A stretch of DNA of 64,000 nt from Bdellovibrio sp. GTDB taxonomy: Bacteria; Bdellovibrionota; Bdellovibrionia; Bdellovibrionales; Bdellovibrionaceae. The stretch spans positions 2,528,001-2,592,000 of the forward strand of contig JAKFCY010000002.1 in NCBI GenBank assembly GCA_036676395.1. The letters run 5' to 3'. Made by a program: the position numbers and the translations under genes. Shown here one piece after another: positions 57,254 to 64,000 of the stretch; positions within the stretch are counted from its first letter, which is position 1; each line of letters opens with the position of its first letter. The notes beneath the pieces were generated by a model. The model was not told the origin of the DNA. It saw only the letters and a program-made list of their open reading frames with translations, and searched no databases.

Positions 57254-57900
57254 TGAAAATTCCTCATGGATTTAAGTTTTTGCGAAACATTAGATTTAAT
57301 ACCGGCAAAAGAAAAATCATCTTCAACTTCAGAAGCAAGTTCAGTGATTTCTTTACTTTGCACAACTTGTTCACCGCCACCTAAAGCCATTGTAGCCGCA
57401 AAACTTTGCGAAGTGACTTCTGCAGGAACTTCATCATCAATTAATGATAATGATTTAATCATCGAAATATTTTGATCAGTAACACCAATCAGGATTGATT
57501 CACCAGCCACACGGATAATAGCTAATGATTTTTTCGCTCCTAAATGATGTTGCGATAAAACTTTGATCTGCGTATTTGATTTGTGAATTTTATTTGAGAA
57601 AGCGTATTTTCTGGCTAAAAATAAACCAGCGCCACCCATACCAACTAAAACAAATAACGTTAAAAATAATTTACCAGATTGCGAAGTTTGTTGTTGTGAA
57701 GTTGAAGCTTTCTCCAGTTTAAGCGGAATTTCACTTTCTGGAGTAGCTTTAGTTACTTCAGCAGACAACGGCTGAGCCTCAGTAGCAGTAGTTGCCACTT
57801 GCGGCGCAGCCGTAGCACTGAATTGTTCAGCTGCCTGTGCAAGACTAGCAAAAGCCACTGTTAAAACTACAAATGCCGGTAAAATTATTTTTTGCATCAT
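57250..57900 (-). CDS. fliO: flagellar biosynthesis protein
   Basis: TM followed by IKVLSQHHLGAKKSLAIIRV..ILIGVTD; lies between fliN and fliP. Confidence 0.88.
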   Translation of the reverse strand: MMQKIILPAFVVLTVAFASLAQAAEQFSATAAPQVATTATEAQPLSAEVTKATPESEIPLKLEKASTSQQQTSQSGKLFLTLFVLVGMGGAGLFLARKYAFSNKIHKSNTQIKVLSQHHLGAKKSLAIIRVAGESILIGVTDQNISMIKSLSLIDDEVPAEVTSQSFAATMALGGGEQVVQSKEITELASEVEDDFSFAGIKSNVSQKLKSMRNFQ

Positions 57901-58277
57901 TTTAATTGCTCGATTCTTTCTGTCGGGCTGATGATGTCCGTTAAACGAACCCCGAATTTTTCATTCACCACTACGGCTTCACCGCGGGCAATAAGTTTCT
58001 CATTAACTAAAACTTCCATTGGTTCACCAGCAAGTTTCATTAACTCGATCACTGAACCTTGGGTTAAGTTAAGCAGATCACTGACCGGCATTTTTGTGCG
58101 GCCAAGTTCTACTGTTACTTTTAATGGAATATCTAAAATTAAATTTAGATTTCTGTCTTTTGTCGCATTACCAGCTGATGAGCTGTTACCGCCACCACCA
58201 CCGCTGCTACTGCTTCCGCCGCCCAGCTCTTGTTCTTCCAGCTGTTCAAGCACTTTATCCATTGGATCGTTACTCAT
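57897..58277 (-). CDS. fliN: flagellar motor switch protein
   Basis: ILDIPLKVTVELG, ARGEAVVVNEKFGVR. Confidence 0.96.
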   Translation of the reverse strand: MSNDPMDKVLEQLEEQELGGGSSSSGGGGGNSSSAGNATKDRNLNLILDIPLKVTVELGRTKMPVSDLLNLTQGSVIELMKLAGEPMEVLVNEKLIARGEAVVVNEKFGVRLTDIISPTERIEQLK

Positions 58278-58308
58278 GTTGTTTCCTCCGTGTTACTAAC
58301 TATTTAAA

Positions 58309-59340
58309 TTACTTTTCAATTTGTCTTGTTACTTGCACTGCCACTGTACCGTGGTGAATCCCGTAATAGCCTTTGAACTTTTTCACGTCCTCGACTTGGA
58401 TATCTAATTCACCCGATGAATCCTGAGTTAATGGGATTACATCCCCAACCTTAAGGCCCATCATATCTTTTAATTGGATTTGTGTTTCACCAAGATTTAC
58501 TTTGATGTCGACAACCGTATCTAATAATTGTTCTTTAATAATCGCAGTCCAAAGTTTTTTATCAGTTTGATCTGACTCGACCTGGAAACCCGTTGATAAC
58601 TTTTGTTTAATAGGCTCGATCGTAGCGTAAGGGATAACGATTGAAACTGTGCCGTTGATGTTTTCTAATTCGACATCAAAAGTAGAAGCAATAACCACAT
58701 CTGTCGGAGGCACGATACCCACGAACTGTGGATTGATCTCTGTACGTTGAAACGAACAACCGATCACTTCGATTGTCGACCAGGCCTGCTCTAAATCACC
58801 GATCGCAAGTTCTACAACTTTTTTAACGATCTGTAATTCAATCGGCGTAAACTCTTTACCGTCTAACTTCGAGTACGGACGGTCAGATCCACCGAAAAAA
58901 GAATCGACCAGCGCGTACGCCAGTTTTGCTTCGATCACAAATAATGCAGAGCCGCGAAGATTATTAAAACGTAAAACGCTCATACACGTTGGGATCGGGA
59001 GGGTGTTAATGAACTCGCCGAATTTAATAAACTCAGTTGATGTTAAAGTAATAGAAGCAATTTTTCTTAAAGCTGAAGATAATGACACACGAAACGCACG
59101 CATGAATTTTTCGTAGATAACTTCTAATTGCGGAAGTCGACCACGAATAATTCTATCCTGTGATGTTAAATCATAGGCGATAACATTTTTATCTTTAGCA
59201 ACACTGCCGCCACCGCCGCCGCCAGATGATCCACCAGAACCACCGCCGCCTGAAGACGCCGAGTCACCGCCACCAAGATCGCCGTCACTAACTGCGGCTA
59301 ATAGGGCATCAACTTCACTTTGCGATAGAATTTGATTCAT
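58309..59340 (-). CDS. fliM: flagellar motor switch protein
   Basis: ILSQSEVDALL CheY-binding motif; C-terminal SPOA domain. Confidence 0.96.
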   Translation of the reverse strand: MNQILSQSEVDALLAAVSDGDLGGGDSASSGGGGSGGSSGGGGGGSVAKDKNVIAYDLTSQDRIIRGRLPQLEVIYEKFMRAFRVSLSSALRKIASITLTSTEFIKFGEFINTLPIPTCMSVLRFNNLRGSALFVIEAKLAYALVDSFFGGSDRPYSKLDGKEFTPIELQIVKKVVELAIGDLEQAWSTIEVIGCSFQRTEINPQFVGIVPPTDVVIASTFDVELENINGTVSIVIPYATIEPIKQKLSTGFQVESDQTDKKLWTAIIKEQLLDTVVDIKVNLGETQIQLKDMMGLKVGDVIPLTQDSSGELDIQVEDVKKFKGYYGIHHGTVAVQVTRQIEK

Positions 59341-59361
59341 ACCGTTTCTCTTTTCCTACTA

Positions 59362-59919
59362 TTAGTTGTAGATAATTTCTGTGAAGAACACGTTTGTGAT
59401 CTTACCTTTACTTAAAAAGGTATTAATATTGTCTTTAATTTCATTTCTTAAAAAGTCTTTACCATCTTTAGTAGAAACCTCTTCATACGACTTGCTTGAT
59501 AAAATAATAATAATGAAATCGCGGATTTGCGCTTTGCGGGTGTCAATTTCAGCGATGATATTGCCATCACCTTCTTTATTACCTTTAACTTCTAATTCCA
59601 TATTCACTTTTAAAACTTTACGGCCTTTAGATCCGGCTAAATTCACAACGAAAGTTTCTAAAGGAATCACTTTTCCGATCTCAACTTCTTTAATTGCGTC
59701 TTCTTTAAGTTTAGTTTTTTCTTCGCCTGCAACGATGTGATCAAGCGATGGTTTTTCAGATTCAATCTTACGGCCTTTCCAAACCATAAAACCTACCCCT
59801 AAAACTACGAGCATATTCACAACAACCAGGCCAATTAAGACCATAGGCTTTTGTCCTGCTTTTTTGGCTGCGTCGCCGGCTTGTGCTGCATCTGTCTTTT
59901 GTGCTTTATCTTCAGCCAC
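59362..59919 (-). CDS. fliL: flagellar basal body-associated protein
   Basis: TM, FVVNL, IRDFII, NVFFTE; GGAGG RBS. Confidence 0.92.
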   Translation of the reverse strand: MAEDKAQKTDAAQAGDAAKKAGQKPMVLIGLVVVNMLVVLGVGFMVWKGRKIESEKPSLDHIVAGEEKTKLKEDAIKEVEIGKVIPLETFVVNLAGSKGRKVLKVNMELEVKGNKEGDGNIIAEIDTRKAQIRDFIIIILSSKSYEEVSTKDGKDFLRNEIKDNINTFLSKGKITNVFFTEIIYN

Positions 59920-59961
59920 TGTTTTCCTCCATGAAAACTTCTTTTACCAATTCATAAATAA

Positions 59962-59978
59962 AGCAACGCCAATGCCAA
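59962..59978 (-). promoter_or_regulatory. sigma54 -24/-12 promoter of the fliL operon
   Basis: TTGGCATTGGCGTTGCT on the minus strand (GG-N10-GC), about 40 nt upstream of the fliL start. Confidence 0.75.
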
Positions 59979-60264
59979 ATAGACCTTTGTCGAATGACAG
60001 AAAGACACCACGGATGTTGGTCGAGTAAGAATATCCCACCGTCAAAATTATAACATTTGAGCGTTTAAATATAGGCAGCAGAACTTTAGTCTCGGCAAAA
60101 AAGATCCAAATATATGACAACGTCCAGTTGGGATTTTGACGAAAAAATGACAGGACTAAGGTGCTGACCATCGCACTGCTACTGGCTTTAGGTCTTAAGC
60201 CGAAAGTTGACCGTTGGTATAGAGCAGCATGTTTAGAAGTGATTACTTTGTTAACTTCAAGTCT

Positions 60265-60669
60265 ATGAAATTTATTATTTTTGTAATCATGATTTTGGGT
60301 TTTTCTCCTACGTTTGCACAATCAGAAGTAGACTGCAGTGGAGATGCCGGATTTAAAAACAAGCAAGAGCTGACAAAATTTACTGAAAGTTTAAAATCTG
60401 CCAATTCGGTAGAAACTTTATCTTCGCTGATTTCGTACCCATTAAGAATAAATGAAGGATCAAAAAAACATTTTTTAATCAAAAATGAGAGTGAATTAAA
60501 GGTTCACTTTAAAAAAGTATTTCCCGAGGAAACTTTAAAAGTAATTCATGAACAAGATCCAAAAATCACATTTTGCAATTACCAAGGTTTAACAATTGGT
60601 GGGGTTATTTGGATTAACAAAAAGAACGGCAAGCCTGGTATTTACGTCGTAAATATGCGCGCGAAGTAG
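60265..60669 (+). CDS. exported hypothetical protein
   Basis: Signal peptide from MKFII; ISYPLRIN motif; two Cys. Confidence 0.65.
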   Translation: MKFIIFVIMILGFSPTFAQSEVDCSGDAGFKNKQELTKFTESLKSANSVETLSSLISYPLRINEGSKKHFLIKNESELKVHFKKVFPEETLKVIHEQDPKITFCNYQGLTIGGVIWINKKNGKPGIYVVNMRAK

Positions 60670-60672
60670 TTC

Positions 60673-61521
60673 CTACTTACGAATTATACCCTGAATTTCG
60701 CTTTGAAATTTTCCAACGATAGTCGCATTACCTGCAATTGAAGACTTCTTAAACGGATCGTAAGTTTCACCTTCAAAAGTAACTACAACTCCGCCCGCTT
60801 CACGCACTAATAATAACCCCGCAGCAGAATCCCACGGTTTCAAATTCTTCTCCCAATAAAGATCAAAAACACCAGCAGCAATTAATGCTAAATCATAGGC
60901 GGCAGCCCCAGGGCGACGAATCGCCTGCGCTTTCCAAACAACATCTTCAAAAATACGAAGTTGCTCAGATAAAACTTCACGCTTTTCGTTCACAAAACCC
61001 GTCGACATAAACGCTTGTTCGAATTCAACAGTTTTAGAAACAGAAAGTTTTTCGCGAGTGCCATCTGCCTGAATGCACCAAGCGCCTTGGCCCCGAATCG
61101 AAGTAAAAGTTTGATTCAACATCGGCATATCGACAATACCGATTTCTATTTCACCGTTCACTTCTAGGGCTAATGAAATACAAAAGATCGGAAACTTGTG
61201 CACAAAATTTGTGGTGCCATCCAGAGGGTCTAAAATCCAACGTGGGCGTACCGATGCGCTGAACTGATCATTGCCTTCAAGGTAGGCTGATTCTTCGCCT
61301 AAAAAATCAAAATCGGGGTAAGCTTTTGCCAGCATGCCTTTGATCAAAGCTTCGCTTTCGCGGTCGGCCTCACTAACTAGACCAGCAGATTTATCTTTTT
61401 CTTCGACATTGTTTATTTTACCGAAATATCCCAATAACAAGGCTCTGCCGGCCATTACGGCCTTCATAGCTTCGTTATAAATTTCATTTGATTGTACCGA
61501 GTCAAAACTAGACTTTCCCAT
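60673..61521 (-). CDS. suhB: inositol monophosphatase family protein
   Basis: LGEE, WILDPLDGTTNF, RRPGAAAYDL, KPWDSAAG. Confidence 0.88.
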   Translation of the reverse strand: MGKSSFDSVQSNEIYNEAMKAVMAGRALLLGYFGKINNVEEKDKSAGLVSEADRESEALIKGMLAKAYPDFDFLGEESAYLEGNDQFSASVRPRWILDPLDGTTNFVHKFPIFCISLALEVNGEIEIGIVDMPMLNQTFTSIRGQGAWCIQADGTREKLSVSKTVEFEQAFMSTGFVNEKREVLSEQLRIFEDVVWKAQAIRRPGAAAYDLALIAAGVFDLYWEKNLKPWDSAAGLLLVREAGGVVVTFEGETYDPFKKSSIAGNATIVGKFQSEIQGIIRK

Positions 61522-61577
61522 AGATTCCGCCTGTTGATAAGATGTAAGCTATACCCAAATTAGGTAGGAAGCAATTT

Positions 61578-62300
61578 ATGACAATGAATACAAATCGCAT
61601 TATTGAGTTAGCCTTAGTTTTCTTTATCTCGTTATTTTCGTTCTCGATCGGAACCTTCGTAGGTAAGAAGTATTCTGATAACCAGCACCGTCTTGCGTTA
61701 CTTGAGCCGAACAAAAAAACAGAAGAGCGCCAAGCGGTTGAAGCCGTAGCTCATTCTGAAGCGGCCACAGCAACAACAGAAAGTGAAATCACTGACGCCG
61801 ACGTGGCTAAAATGGCCGAAGAGTTTTCAACTGAAGGCGAAGAAGTGCACGGCGGCGAAGCAACTCAAGCTGCGACTCAAGGCATGCACAACGACGCACA
61901 CGCTGCAGCAACTACGGCTAACGCAAATCAAGTAACAACTAAAACTGTTACAACAGTTAAACCAGCCGTTAAAGATGTCAAAGAAGTGACACTGCAAGAA
62001 GCTGATGGCGAACTTCCTGAACGTGAAGTAGCTAGCATTGCTCCTAAAGCAAAAACAATGCAAAACTACACCGTGCAAGTGGGTTCATACCCTTCTGAAA
62101 TTGAAGCTAACAAAATGGCTGAATCATTATTAGCACGTGGTTATAAAGCCAATGCAGTTGCAGCTAACGTAAATGGTAAAACAATGTACCGCGTTCAAGT
62201 GGGAATGTTTAATAACTTTAACGAAGCGCAAGAATACAAAAAAGAGTTAGTCGAAAAAAATCGTTTAACTTCTGCTTTCGTGCAAAAAGTTTCTAAATAA
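61578..62300 (+). CDS. SPOR-domain membrane protein
   Basis: N-terminal TM, disordered linker, YTVQVGSY...YRVQVG. Confidence 0.9.
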   Translation: MTMNTNRIIELALVFFISLFSFSIGTFVGKKYSDNQHRLALLEPNKKTEERQAVEAVAHSEAATATTESEITDADVAKMAEEFSTEGEEVHGGEATQAATQGMHNDAHAAATTANANQVTTKTVTTVKPAVKDVKEVTLQEADGELPEREVASIAPKAKTMQNYTVQVGSYPSEIEANKMAESLLARGYKANAVAANVNGKTMYRVQVGMFNNFNEAQEYKKELVEKNRLTSAFVQKVSK

Positions 62301-62323
62301 TATTTAAAGAAATTTAAATCTTG

Positions 62324-62354
62324 AAAAAGGCGGCTTGAACAGTCGCCTTTTTTT
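62324..62354. terminator. bidirectional intrinsic terminator
   Basis: AAAAAGGCGGC-loop-GTCGCCTTTTTTT between convergent genes. Confidence 0.85.
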
Positions 62355-62364
62355 GTTTTCTAAA

Positions 62365-62934
62365 CTAGAAATTAAAATTAACACCTAATTTGAACGTGCT
62401 CACCCATACTGATTTGGGTAGATAAGCGTTCGACTGCATCATGCGACCGTCAAAGCCTGCGATAAAGTAATCTAAGCGAAAAAAAGCTAAACCACCAATC
62501 CCCATCACACTTTGCGATTCTGAAGAGTCTGTTTGTTGCTGTCCGTTTAACGATGTTTCAATTTCACTTTGGCTAGTACCAGCTAATACAAACCCCAAAA
62601 TTTCGATATTTGTATTCGGGGTAAGATTTGTGAACTCAAGTTTAGCTAAGCTATAACCAAGTAAGACATTCCACTCTTTAATTTCTGTTTTAACGCCCAA
62701 AGAAGACGACCCCGTGTTGTCATCTGTTGTGTTGTGCTCAATGCCTAATAAAAAACTTTGATACATATAATTGATCGCATAGTGCGTGTAACTGCGCACA
62801 TCGATATGCTGATCAGAACCTTCTTCGTAACGAAGCTGAATACCTGGAACATATATTTGTACTTCATTATTCTGCGCAGAAGCCAGAAGGCTTGAAAATA
62901 CTAAACTCACAAAAACTAATGAACGAAAAATCAT
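62365..62934 (-). CDS. small outer-membrane beta-barrel protein
   Basis: Signal peptide; amphipathic strands; terminal GVNFNF. Confidence 0.65.
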   Translation of the reverse strand: MIFRSLVFVSLVFSSLLASAQNNEVQIYVPGIQLRYEEGSDQHIDVRSYTHYAINYMYQSFLLGIEHNTTDDNTGSSSLGVKTEIKEWNVLLGYSLAKLEFTNLTPNTNIEILGFVLAGTSQSEIETSLNGQQQTDSSESQSVMGIGGLAFFRLDYFIAGFDGRMMQSNAYLPKSVWVSTFKLGVNFNF

Positions 62935-63998
62935 GGTGTAATCACTTTATAAGATTCTAATTCTTGAACTTTTTCACAACTGTATTTAGCCGCGATCACA
63001 TCAGCTTTTTCTAATGGTGCATTTAAATACTGAATGATTAATTCACATTGTTCTTTAGATTGCAAACCAGAATCGCGCGCATCTACAGCTAAAAACAAAT
63101 CTCGTGTTGAAAGCTTGTCATTGCTCTTAAGAGTGATTGCTGATTTTCCCAGATTTTGCACAAAGCCAATCACAAATTGACTGACTTGGCGTTTAGCTTC
63201 AACCAGAGGTAAACCCTCTTGCTGCATTTTCACATACACCAGTTCTTTTAAAAAACGCGCGTACGGCGTGCCGATATCATAAATAAAATTTGATAACGCC
63301 ATTGATGGATCATCTGAAATACTTTGCGCTTCAACTACGGCCACTTCAATATCGCGATCAGATTTGTAACTGACTTTATCTGGTTTATTTAAACTGCGTT
63401 TTTTAGTGTGGCTTGATAGCGACCACTTTAAAAAATCCGGATCATCGGTGTAAGCCCAACCCCAAAAATCAGCTAAGCCTTCGTTGATTCCGCGTAAGTA
63501 AGTTTCATTAAATAATTCTTCGCCCGATAACTCTAATTGAATTTTAGAGGTTTTACCGCCCCAGCCTTCATAACTATGAACTGTCGTATCAGAAATACGC
63601 TGTGAAACAGCTAATTTTTTCTGACTAACAGGCCCTAAAACTTTATTGTAAAAGATCGAATGAAAAAATTCATGTGCGATAATTCCTGCATTGGCAGAGA
63701 TCGGCATTTCTTTAGCTGTGTACGGAACAAATAACATCGCCTTAGAGCGGCCATCAAAAAAAGCATTGTTATTCTGGATGGACTCGTCGCCTTTAATTTG
63801 CGTGTTTAATCCAATTTGCATTGGCGCTTTCATCGAGATTCCCAGATCTTGCGCCAAAGTGATTAGACTTTGCATGTGATAATAAATCGTTGCCATCTGT
63901 AAAGATAAGGCATCTTTGGCGATATAGGTTTGTTCTTTAGTTTTTGCAAAATACGCAACTGGTGAGCCACCATTTAATCGGCCTTCGACAAGCCCAGG
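62931..63998 (-). CDS. gluzincin (M4/M36-like) metallopeptidase, 5' end beyond the window
   Basis: NNAFF, IAHEFFH, NEGLADF; reading frame stays open from 63896 to the window edge. Confidence 0.75.
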   Translation of the reverse strand, partial: PGLVEGRLNGGSPVAYFAKTKEQTYIAKDALSLQMATIYYHMQSLITLAQDLGISMKAPMQIGLNTQIKGDESIQNNNAFFDGRSKAMLFVPYTAKEMPISANAGIIAHEFFHSIFYNKVLGPVSQKKLAVSQRISDTTVHSYEGWGGKTSKIQLELSGEELFNETYLRGINEGLADFWGWAYTDDPDFLKWSLSSHTKKRSLNKPDKVSYKSDRDIEVAVVEAQSISDDPSMALSNFIYDIGTPYARFLKELVYVKMQQEGLPLVEAKRQVSQFVIGFVQNLGKSAITLKSNDKLSTRDLFLAVDARDSGLQSKEQCELIIQYLNAPLEKADVIAAKYSCEKVQELESYKVITP

Positions 63999-64000
63999 AG

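Noticed and set aside
59944..60321. 125-aa minus-strand ORF, or a c-di-GMP riboswitch upstream of fliL
   Set aside because: The ORF overlaps a better-supported gene and the sigma54 promoter and has no protein-like motifs; no GEMM consensus found

Overview
Chromosomal window of a flagellated Gram-negative bacterium. The S74-chaperoned fibre adhesin, Tad/Flp genes, RpoH, the fliL-fliA cluster and many exported hypothetical proteins suggest Bdellovibrionaceae (inference). From left to right: gcvT-gcvH-tRNA-Leu, housekeeping genes (ilvE, folD, an RlmI-like methyltransferase, aspS, rpoH), a split Tad pilus locus (including a 52-aa pilin-like gene missing from the ORF track), and a secreted Gly/Gln/Met-rich repeat protein. 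The most unusual region is a tightly coupled 7-gene minus-strand operon at 29637-42151. It encodes a MotA-like protein lacking the FliG-contact motif, a MotB-like protein whose peptidoglycan-binding OmpA domain is replaced by a coiled coil plus a YfaP/DUF2135-like domain, two Cys-rich YGGR-repeat lipoproteins with DUF1566-like tips, two NHL/teneurin-like lipoproteins and an outer-membrane barrel. This is a candidate non-flagellar ion-driven motor linked to surface lipoproteins. Upstream lie a 2197-aa tail-fibre-like adhesin and the flagellar export/switch operon fliL-M-N-O-P-Q-R-flhB-A-F-G-fliA. No CRISPR array, rRNA, transposase, integrase or reverse transcriptase was seen. All family calls come from motif recognition by eye, not database searches.
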